Below are positions 8,342 to 14,880 of a DNA stretch of 29,912 nt, piece after piece. Below the pieces are notes generated by a model. The model was not told where the DNA came from and did no database searches. It was given only the letters and a program-made list of their open reading frames with translations. Source of the stretch: a virus; IMG/VR virus record IMGVR_UViG_3300020576_003846, positions 1 to 29,912 of that record; one strand, written 5' to 3'. A program made the position numbers and the translations under genes. Every line of letters begins with the position of its first letter. Position 1 is the first letter of the stretch.

Positions 8342-8669
8342 TTATAACAACGTGTTGGTTTGTGTGTAGTTCTTCAATCCTGTCACTTTGTTGAAGCAGT
8401 TGTTTACCAAGCCATATTTGCATGGTTACATTACCCTCTTCGGCTTTCAAATACTGCATGCGCCGAAGCGAGGCTTTACCCTCTTCCTGTGCCTTTTTAA
8501 TAACGTGGGAAAACCGATCGCGCAAAGTATCGATAGAGCAATTCAAGATTGCCGCCATTTCCTGATACGTACAATGAATTTTTGCAAGTGACGCGAGCAG
8601 CTCGGTATCGATCGCAAGGGGCGGTCTTCCACCTTTATTTTTTGGCGCGGTTTGGGCGGTTGTTTCCAT
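8334..8669 (-). CDS. terS: Terminase small subunit (HTH DNA-binding type)
   Basis: KGGRPPLAIDTELLASLAKIHCTYQEMAAILNCSIDTLRDRF followed by GNVTMQIWLGKQLL matches the small HTH packaging proteins found upstream of terL. It is the first gene of the leftward unit, with AGGAG 8 nt upstream of the ATG. Confidence 0.7.
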   Translation of the reverse strand: METTAQTAPKNKGGRPPLAIDTELLASLAKIHCTYQEMAAILNCSIDTLRDRFSHVIKKAQEEGKASLRRMQYLKAEEGNVTMQIWLGKQLLQQSDRIEELHTNQHVVIND

Positions 8670-9124
8670 AGTCTTAGTGCTCCTTAGCGAATATAATCAT
8701 TGCATAGCAAAAAAGCAAGCAAATTGATAAAATTTTTATCGCCATGATGATTATTTCGTTTTCAAACACAGCAAGCAAAACTTCCTTTTATGACGTTCAT
8801 TATAATTCAGACCTGTTTTTCAGACTTTCTATAATAATTATATTAAATATATTTATATTAAATTGGGTTACAATAAGGAAGTATAATAATAATATTAGAG
8901 AAAGTCTGCAAAACCCCCATTAATCGTAATAAATCATCATGATGTTAAATTTGTTTATATCATCTGGCGCAAAAAATGCCTCTTGCGGAACTTCTATGCC
9001 TATATTCACCATGTTTTTACGACGTTATTTTTAATTTTTACAGAAAAAACCATTTTTTTACCCTTTGTAACCCATTGGTTTCAAACGACTTGTTAAATTT
9101 ATGACGAAAAAACGAAAAAAATAC

Positions 9125-9154
9125 TTGACAAATGCGGAAAATTCAGTAGTTTTG
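9125..9154 (+). promoter_or_regulatory. Candidate early promoter for the rightward operon
   Basis: TTGACA at 9125..9130, a 16-nt spacer, then TAGTTT at 9147..9152. It lies upstream of the AAGGAG RBS (9180..9185) and the ATG at 9192. The -10 element is weak, so this is tentative. Confidence 0.35.
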
Positions 9155-9191
9155 TGGTGTAATAAAAAACACACAACACAAGGAGTTAACA

Positions 9192-9644
9192 ATGAGCACA
9201 ACATACTACAAATTCGAAAACTGCTACCTATGCTGCCAACAAGGACACTTTAGCGTGGTGTTTGGCACCCCAAATGCAACAGTAAATGACCTCGTACGCA
9301 CCCTAAATGAAGGTGGTACCTATGAGTTTGAACAGGCTTATGAACTTATTGAGGCCCGTGAAGTGCCAGAGCCTCCCACGCCGGTATCTGAAGTTGTTGA
9401 AGAATTTTTAAACAACGAAGATATTGAATATAGCGAATACCGCGCATCCACAGGGTCTACATATATAACAGTGGTTAACGAAGATGACGAAGCCGTGGTT
9501 ATCCGCATAGCCGACCACCTCGAGTGCTACCCGCCAAACCGCACCATAGTAGCGCAGGTAACAATTAACAGGAATGAAACTAATCACGCAGAAATTAAAA
9601 CAGCAGTGGCAGCGGTTATTGCCAAGATTGGATACACTTTATGA
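9192..9644 (+). CDS. Hypothetical early protein
   Basis: A 150-aa ORF with a strong AAGGAG RBS. It is the first gene after the control region. No motif recognised. Confidence 0.6.
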   Translation: MSTTYYKFENCYLCCQQGHFSVVFGTPNATVNDLVRTLNEGGTYEFEQAYELIEAREVPEPPTPVSEVVEEFLNNEDIEYSEYRASTGSTYITVVNEDDEAVVIRIADHLECYPPNRTIVAQVTINRNETNHAEIKTAVAAVIAKIGYTL

Positions 9645-9868
9645 CGACGCTTACCAACATGCGCACCGGTGAAATTCACAGTTTTGCTACACAAATGGAG
9701 TACGTTCAGTTTCTGATGGAGCTGCAAAAAATATACGGAAAGCATACCAAGTTTGCAGATGGCGTAATAACGTACTATTACTCCAACGACCGGTACAGCC
9801 CTGCGCGTAAGATTCGCGCAAGGTTTAAGCTTGAGTGGACAGAAGAGAACGATAACGACACCAACTAA
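9641..9868 (+). CDS. Hypothetical early protein
   Basis: A 75-aa ORF coupled to the upstream gene by an ATGA overlap at 9641..9644. No motif recognised. Confidence 0.5.
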   Translation: MTTLTNMRTGEIHSFATQMEYVQFLMELQKIYGKHTKFADGVITYYYSNDRYSPARKIRARFKLEWTEENDNDTN

Positions 9869-9897
9869 CTTTATTTCACAAACTACAAGAAGCACTC

Positions 9898-10449
9898 ATG
9901 AAAAACAATGAAAGCAAGTTATCCGCCGAAGATATAGAACAGGGGCTAACAAATGGAGACAAGTACATACGTAGAGCGTTTGCCAAGCGCACCGACTACA
10001 CACCCACGCCGGAGCAAATCGAACGTGGGCTAACGGACACCAGCGAGTATGTGCGCACAGCGTTTGCCGATCGCAGGGACTACACACCCACGCCGGAGCA
10101 AATCGAACGTGGGCTAACGGACACCAGCGAGTATGTGCGCATTGCTTTTGCCTATCGTGGCGACTACACGCCGACGCCGGAGCAGATCGAACGTGGGCTA
10201 ACGGATGTTGAGTGGAACGTGCGTGTAGAGTTCGCGTGGCGCAGGGACTACACGCCGACGCCGGAGCAGATCGAACGTGGGCTAACGGATGAGAATGCTG
10301 ACGTGCGCCTTGCGTTTGCGGAGCGCACCGACTACACACCCACGCCGGAGCAGATAGAGCGTGGACTAACGGATGTTGAGTGGTTCGTTCGCACAGCGTT
10401 TGCGCTACACGCAAAGCGTGATGCAGAGCAAAGGAAAGAAGATAACTAA
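9898..10449 (+). CDS. Alpha-solenoid-type repeat protein, copy A (six 28-aa HEAT/LRV-like repeats)
   Basis: After MKNNESKLSA the protein is E-x-IE-x-GLT(D/N)-xxxx-(V/I)R-x-(A/E)FA-x-R-x-DYTPTP repeated with an exact 84-bp period. The D-xxxx-VR-x-A-x-A core resembles PBS-lyase/EZ HEAT and LRV repeats. Confidence 0.8.
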   Translation: MKNNESKLSAEDIEQGLTNGDKYIRRAFAKRTDYTPTPEQIERGLTDTSEYVRTAFADRRDYTPTPEQIERGLTDTSEYVRIAFAYRGDYTPTPEQIERGLTDVEWNVRVEFAWRRDYTPTPEQIERGLTDENADVRLAFAERTDYTPTPEQIERGLTDVEWFVRTAFALHAKRDAEQRKEDN

Positions 10450-10478
10450 CTTTATTTCACAAACTACAAGAAGCAATA

Positions 10479-10919
10479 ATGAAAAACAATGAAAGCAAGT
10501 TATCCGCCGAAGATATAGAACGTGGGCTAACAAATGGAGACAAGTACATACGTAGAGCGTTTGCCAAGCGCACCGACTACACGCCGACGCCGGAGCAAAT
10601 CGAACGTGGGCTAACGGATGTTGAGTGGTTCGTTCGCACAGCGTTTGCGGAGCGCACCGACTACACGCCGACGCCGGAGCAAATCGAACGTGGGCTAACG
10701 GATGTTGAGTGGTACGTTCGCACAGCGTTTGCGGGGCGCAGGGACTTCACGCCGACGCCGGAGCAAATAGAACGTGGGCTAACGGATGTTGAGTGGTACG
10801 TGCGTGTAGAGTTCGCGTGGCGCAGGGACTACACGCTGACGCCGGAGCAGATAGAGCGTGGACTAACGGATGTTGAGTGGTTCGTTCGCACAGCGTTTGC
10901 GCTATGCGCAAAAGCGTGA
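10479..10919 (+). CDS. Alpha-solenoid-type repeat protein, copy B (five 28-aa repeats), tandem paralogue of copy A
   Basis: It has the same 5' leader and first 10 codons as copy A and the same repeat architecture, with one unit fewer. An extra A (A4 at 10910..10913 versus A3 at 10413..10415) ends the frame 9 codons earlier than in copy A. Confidence 0.8.
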   Translation: MKNNESKLSAEDIERGLTNGDKYIRRAFAKRTDYTPTPEQIERGLTDVEWFVRTAFAERTDYTPTPEQIERGLTDVEWYVRTAFAGRRDFTPTPEQIERGLTDVEWYVRVEFAWRRDYTLTPEQIERGLTDVEWFVRTAFALCAKA

Positions 10920-10977
10920 TGCAGAGCAAAGGAAAGAAGATAACTAACTTTATTTTTCACCATACATAATAAAAACA

Positions 10978-11802
10978 ATGTTACGATCATCTGAATTAGC
11001 AGCAGCCTTAGGCGTTGCCAAGTACACAACGCAGCGCGAGTTGTGGGAAAGACGGCAGGAAGGCTATGAGCCACCTGCCGACGACTTAGCCCGCCGCATG
11101 GGACGCCGTATGGAGCAGGCAGTGCTAGATGAGTACGCCGAGCGCCACGGCGTAATAATAGATACGCCGCAGGTAGCAGAGCGTGGGATTATCCGCGGTA
11201 TAGCTGATGGCGTAGACAAGCTAAATAAAGTCATAATAGAAGCTAAAACAACAACAAGCTATGCCCGCAAATCATGGGGGGATTGGCTATTGCCTGACTA
11301 CTTTTGGCAAGTGCAAAGTTACATGTATCTTTACAACATGGATAAGGCAATAGTAGCCGTGTTCGAAACAGATACAAAAACCTACATGGAGTATAGCGTT
11401 GACTTTGCGCATGGCTTTGACGAGGCCTTAGCGGCAGCGACAAAATTTTACAGTACATATTTAGCCGAGCCTAATTTACCTGCACCGCCGGATACCGTGA
11501 TGCAAAGTGAACCCGGTAAACAGTACAACGCAGATGACGATACCGCTGAAAAATGGGAGCAATACAGGTACGCTAAGGAACAAATAAAAGTTTACGAATC
11601 GCAAGCGGACGAAGCGTTGACCTACATAACCGCCGCGATGGGAGACGCTGAAACCCTTGTTGTTGCGGGTTTGGCGGTAGCCACGTACAAAAGTAGCACA
11701 GTAAAAAGGGTTGATATCGCAGCCCTGCCTGAAGACATTAAAGAAAAATACACAAAGCAAAGTGAAGTACGTACGTTTAGAATAAAGAGGGGACGCGCAT
11801 GA
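10978..11802 (+). CDS. YqaJ-type viral recombinase exonuclease (PD-(D/E)xK, lambda Exo-like role)
   Basis: SSELAAALGVAKYTTQRELWERR...RMGRRMEQAVLDEY...GIADG...IIEAKTT...YFWQVQSYMYL follows the YqaJ domain pattern. It is coupled by ATGA to the recT gene downstream. Confidence 0.8.
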   Translation: MLRSSELAAALGVAKYTTQRELWERRQEGYEPPADDLARRMGRRMEQAVLDEYAERHGVIIDTPQVAERGIIRGIADGVDKLNKVIIEAKTTTSYARKSWGDWLLPDYFWQVQSYMYLYNMDKAIVAVFETDTKTYMEYSVDFAHGFDEALAAATKFYSTYLAEPNLPAPPDTVMQSEPGKQYNADDDTAEKWEQYRYAKEQIKVYESQADEALTYITAAMGDAETLVVAGLAVATYKSSTVKRVDIAALPEDIKEKYTKQSEVRTFRIKRGRA

Positions 11803-12758
11803 CACCGCAGGAAATAATAAAGCAGCAGGCAGAGCAGCAGCGCAAACAGGTAGTAAATGCGATATTAAAGCAAATTAGTGGCGTCGTAGCAAGTGGCTAC
11901 ACGCTCGACGATTGGGCAAAAATTGCCGTTGACGTGTTTGCGACAAATCCAAAACTCGTGACGTGTAGCACCGTATCACTTATCCGCGCTTTTTCGGATG
12001 CGATGGAAGCAGGTTTGCGGCCAAACAGTAAGGAAGGTTATTGCTACATAATTCCATTCAGAGGTGAGGCAACCTTTGTCATGGGTTATTACGGACTGCT
12101 CGAGCTTGCTTACCGCACCGGTATGGTGCGTGACATACGGGTGCAACTGGTGTATGCAAATGATGAATACAGCTCGGAAACACAAAACAACGCAATAGTG
12201 ATAAACCACAAATATAACTCTATGCAACCTATCGCAGATCGTGGTAAGTTAATTGGTGGCTATGCGATATTGCGCACCGTTAATGACGGCACATACACGA
12301 CTGAACTAAGCTACGAAGAATTAGAACAACGCCGCCTAATGTCTCCCGCCGCCGAACTCGAAGTGTGGCGCAACAATCGAACTGAAATGTACAAAAAAAC
12401 ATTACTAAGGAATTTAATAAAATATGTTAGAAAACAATGGGAAGACAGAAGCCCATATACAGCGGCAGGTGGTGAATTGGCTGCTACAAAACAGGTGGAT
12501 AGTGATCCGAATCAACTCCCTACGGATGCGCCACCTTGTGAGTTACGTAGTATATCCGAAGAGCCTAACAACGGGGCTGCCGGATCTATTAGCCTACCGG
12601 TCTGGGATGTCGGTATGGATCGAAGTGAAGGCAGCGGAGGGCCGTCTGTCACCGTCGCAAAAAAACACGCAAAAAATACTAACCCATTACAGGTGGCTGG
12701 TGCTGACGGTCAGCTCGGTGGAAGAGTTGGAAGCGAAAATAAAGGAGGTGGAAAATGA
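11799..12758 (+). CDS. recT: RecT-family single-strand annealing protein with an unusually long low-complexity C-terminal tail
   Basis: NPKLVTCSTVSLIRAF..AMEAGLRPNSKEGYCYIIPFRGEATFVMGYYGLLELAYRTGMVRDI...VYANDEY...MYKKTLLRNLIKY are RecT-like blocks. The last ~110 codons overlap the VRR-NUC ORF in another frame. The stop forms an ATGA junction with the next gene. Confidence 0.8.
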   Translation: MTPQEIIKQQAEQQRKQVVNAILKQISGVVASGYTLDDWAKIAVDVFATNPKLVTCSTVSLIRAFSDAMEAGLRPNSKEGYCYIIPFRGEATFVMGYYGLLELAYRTGMVRDIRVQLVYANDEYSSETQNNAIVINHKYNSMQPIADRGKLIGGYAILRTVNDGTYTTELSYEELEQRRLMSPAAELEVWRNNRTEMYKKTLLRNLIKYVRKQWEDRSPYTAAGGELAATKQVDSDPNQLPTDAPPCELRSISEEPNNGAAGSISLPVWDVGMDRSEGSGGPSVTVAKKHAKNTNPLQVAGADGQLGGRVGSENKGGGK

Positions 12759-12771
12759 AACTGAAAGATAA
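12424..12771 (+). CDS. VRR-NUC domain nuclease (PD-(D/E)xK)
   Basis: EAHIQRQVVNWL...GLPDLLAY...VWIEVKAAEGRLSPSQK...LVLTVSSVEE matches the E...GxPD...ExK...LSxxQ layout of VRR-NUC proteins. AAGGA lies 12 nt upstream of the ATG. The ORF lies in the +1 frame inside the recT ORF. Confidence 0.75.
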   Translation: MLENNGKTEAHIQRQVVNWLLQNRWIVIRINSLRMRHLVSYVVYPKSLTTGLPDLLAYRSGMSVWIEVKAAEGRLSPSQKNTQKILTHYRWLVLTVSSVEELEAKIKEVENETER

Positions 12772-13027
12772 ACTAAAACATTATCTACAAGTTTACAGGG
12801 TGCGCAGGCTGACGCATGAATCGGCTCGCGCCCTCTACAAGGCTGCCAAGTATGGCTTGCGGATAACGTACCCGTATAAAGTTATCAAAAGCACAAGTAA
12901 AGCGGAAAACCTTATGCGGATACGCCGTAAAGAATTTACGCACATGGCGGAACTGCATGAGCAGAAGGCAGCCCTTTATCGCTCCTTAGCCGAGTTAACC
13001 ATCGACACCGACAACGAAAAAAAATAA
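12755..13027 (+). CDS. Hypothetical basic helical protein
   Basis: A 90-aa ORF with a strong AAAGGAGGTGG RBS. No motif recognised. Confidence 0.5.
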   Translation: MKLKDKLKHYLQVYRVRRLTHESARALYKAAKYGLRITYPYKVIKSTSKAENLMRIRRKEFTHMAELHEQKAALYRSLAELTIDTDNEKK

Positions 13028-13063
13028 CTACATTTACAAACATATTTACACAAAGGAAAAAAA

Positions 13064-13465
13064 ATGAGTTCAATTAGCGTAACGATGCGCGGAGTAATTG
13101 CCGATAGCACCCCAATCGAACATACCAAATACGGTTCACGAATGAAGCTAACAATATTGGTGGGTTATGGCGAAGAGCGTGAAAATTACTACCAGATAGA
13201 AGTAAAAAAGGATGCAATAGTTGCCCTCATTACCACACTGCCCATAGGTGCCGAAGTGATAGCAAATTGTAGCTTGCGCGGTATCAAGTACCAAAAGAAG
13301 AGTGACGGCAACACAGCGTATTTCACTACGCTTGAGTGCTGGAAGTTAGAGCCCGTAAACAATGCGGCAACACAAAGCGCACCTGCCGCCGCCCTGTTCG
13401 ATGGGCCAACGTCGGAAAACCCGTTTCCGCGTCCACAGGAGACGAATGAAGATATAAGTTTTTAA
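13064..13465 (+). CDS. ssb: Single-stranded DNA-binding protein-like (OB fold, acidic C-terminal tip)
   Basis: At 133 aa, the beta-rich N-terminal ~100 aa are followed by a P/A/Q-rich linker and a terminal ETNEDISF that resembles the SSB DDDIPF tip. It lies within the recombination/replication block. Confidence 0.5.
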   Translation: MSSISVTMRGVIADSTPIEHTKYGSRMKLTILVGYGEERENYYQIEVKKDAIVALITTLPIGAEVIANCSLRGIKYQKKSDGNTAYFTTLECWKLEPVNNAATQSAPAAALFDGPTSENPFPRPQETNEDISF

Positions 13466-13482
13466 TATGACAGCGCGGACCA

Positions 13483-14874
13483 ATGCAGCTAAGAGAGTAT
13501 CAAAAAAATTTAGTAGGTGACGTTTACACCGCATGGCGTGCGGGTTTCCGCAGGGTATGCATGCAGTTGGCAACAGGTGGCGGCAAGACGGTTGTTTTCG
13601 CTGCCATCTGTGCCGACGCGGTAGCCTCTGGACGTAGGGTGCTGATACTTGTACACCGTGAAGAAATACAACAACAAGTGGTGGCAACACTTACTAAATT
13701 TGGTTTACAACCGCATTCATTATATGCCGGTGGCGATGTGTATGAGGCCGCCCAAATCGTTGTCGCTATGGTGCAGACAGCCGTACGCAGGCATTACATT
13801 CATGCCGATGTGGTCATCGTGGACGAGGCACACCACGCAGCTTCAAAGTCGTACGAAGAGTACCTAAATAAATATACCGATGCACTGGCACTTGGCGTAA
13901 CGGCAACACCCGAAAGACTTGACGGCAAAGGTTTAGATAATCAATTTGATGAGTTGGTTTGCGGCCCGCAAGCAAAAGAATTAATTCGGTTAGGCTATCT
14001 TGTGGACGCAGATATATACGCCGTTCCGCTGCCAACGGATGCGCTAAAAAACGCTAAAATAAGTATGGGAGACTTCCGCAAAAGCGACGTCGAAAAGATA
14101 ATGAAAAATAATATAGTTTATGGCGACGTTGTTAATACGTATTTGGACTGTGCCGATGGGGCGCAGGGCATCGTCTTTGCCAGCAGTATAGACCTTGCCA
14201 CGTCCTACGCAGCGGAGTACGCTGAAGCAGGCATACCTTCAAAATTAATACATTCCAAGATGCCGCCAGCAGAGCGAAAAAGCAATGTAAATTTATTTCG
14301 CAAAGGGAAAATAAAAATACTCATTAACGTAGCGATTGCAACCGAAGGGTTCGACGTCCCGCAATGCGATTGCGTGCAGATGCTTCGTCCTACGGCCTCT
14401 TTAACGTTGTACTTGCAGATGGTAGGTCGCTCATTGCGCCCGGCCAACGGTAAACAAAGTGCTATAATATTAGACCATGTGGATAATGTACGCAGGCATG
14501 GAGTGCCAACGGCAGACAGGCGGTGGAGTTTGCGCGGCAAAAGTTACCGTGAGCGTGAAGAACTACCAGAACTCATAGAAGTAGAGGGTTTGCCGGACTT
14601 GGACGGCACCACAACAGGGCGGATGATAGAACACAAAAGAGCAGTAAAACTTGTGCCTATTCACCGCGCTCACCGTGACCCTCTGCCCGCACAATTGCGC
14701 GCATTGGCAAACGGTGCGAAAGAATATAAATTTATCAACCACAGCTATATAATAAAACGATGGCGTGAATTAGGTGGCGAGCCTACGCCGGATATTATCA
14801 GGGAGTACGCAACTGAATTCGGCCTCCCGTATGATTGGCAAATCAACACACTATTACTAACGAAATTTAGCTAA
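13483..14874 (+). CDS. Superfamily 2 DEAD/DEAH-box helicase
   Basis: LREYQ is followed by motif I ATGGGKT, motif II VIVDEAHH, motif III TATPERLDG and motif VI LQMVGRSLR. Confidence 0.85.
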   Translation: MQLREYQKNLVGDVYTAWRAGFRRVCMQLATGGGKTVVFAAICADAVASGRRVLILVHREEIQQQVVATLTKFGLQPHSLYAGGDVYEAAQIVVAMVQTAVRRHYIHADVVIVDEAHHAASKSYEEYLNKYTDALALGVTATPERLDGKGLDNQFDELVCGPQAKELIRLGYLVDADIYAVPLPTDALKNAKISMGDFRKSDVEKIMKNNIVYGDVVNTYLDCADGAQGIVFASSIDLATSYAAEYAEAGIPSKLIHSKMPPAERKSNVNLFRKGKIKILINVAIATEGFDVPQCDCVQMLRPTASLTLYLQMVGRSLRPANGKQSAIILDHVDNVRRHGVPTADRRWSLRGKSYREREELPELIEVEGLPDLDGTTTGRMIEHKRAVKLVPIHRAHRDPLPAQLRALANGAKEYKFINHSYIIKRWRELGGEPTPDIIREYATEFGLPYDWQINTLLLTKFS

Positions 14875-14880
14875 AGTCTT

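Larger units (their letters stand above)
9864..10947. repeat. Tandem segmental duplication (581-bp and 498-bp copies), each internally made of 84-bp coding repeats
   Basis: AACTAACTTTATTT occurs at 9864, 10445 and 10943. The longer AACTAACTTTATTTCACAAACTACAAGAAGCA..ATGAAAAACAATGAAAGCAAGTTATCCGCCGAAGATATAGAAC leader-plus-start block is shared only by the first two. The two ATGs are 581 bp apart. Confidence 0.9.

Noticed and set aside
8690-8719. Sigma70-like late promoter on the minus strand (TTGCTT, 17 nt spacer, TATATT) just upstream of terS
   Set aside because: The -35 element matches only 3 of 6 positions. The -10 element sits about 20 nt from the ATG, so the transcript would begin at or inside the AGGAG RBS. 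Many equally good TATAAT-like hexamers occur by chance in this A/T-rich region.
8744-8923. A 59-codon plus-strand ORF (MMIISFSNTASK...LSIIIILNIFILNWV...) inside the control region that could be a small regulator or membrane peptide
   Set aside because: It has no Shine-Dalgarno-like sequence upstream. Its composition is just that of the A/T-rich spacer (runs of I, L, N and K codons). It spans the inverted repeats and TATAAT-like boxes, which look regulatory. I cannot exclude it without expression data.
9147-9154. TAGTTTTG fits the Bacteroidota -7 promoter consensus TAnnTTTG, which suggested a Bacteroidota host
   Set aside because: Many genes here have strong Shine-Dalgarno sequences (AAGGAG, AAAGGAGGTGG, AAGGAGG), which is atypical for Bacteroidota. 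A TTGACA -35 box is also present. A single 8-mer match is not enough to assign a host.
9928-10900. Possible CRISPR array, or the TR/VR pair of a diversity-generating retroelement, suggested by near-identical repeats with localised variation
   Set aside because: The repeats are contiguous with no spacers. They are exactly 84 bp, in frame, and lie inside ORFs with normal starts, so this is not a CRISPR array. No reverse-transcriptase-like ORF exists anywhere in the genome. The differences between units (for example ACCAGCGAGTAT, GTTGAGTGGTTC, GAGAATGCTGAC) are not restricted to adenine positions, so this is not a DGR.
9896-10929. Long minus-strand ORFs (9896..10414 at 172 aa, and 10747..10929 at 60 aa) antisense to the repeat genes, with their own repetitive HPLAHVRSAPA... 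peptide
   Set aside because: They are open only because the 84-bp coding repeat on the plus strand happens to lack antisense stops, and this is propagated by the repetition. They have no RBS, and they run against the direction of the whole early operon. The plus-strand frame has the convincing start, RBS context and repeat-protein signature.
13050-13066. The identical initiation context AAAGG plus seven A plus ATG before both 13064 and 17375 as a possible shared regulatory element
   Set aside because: It is short and A-rich and fits an ordinary RBS with an A-rich spacer. Two occurrences in an A-rich intergenic context do not show a specific regulatory motif.
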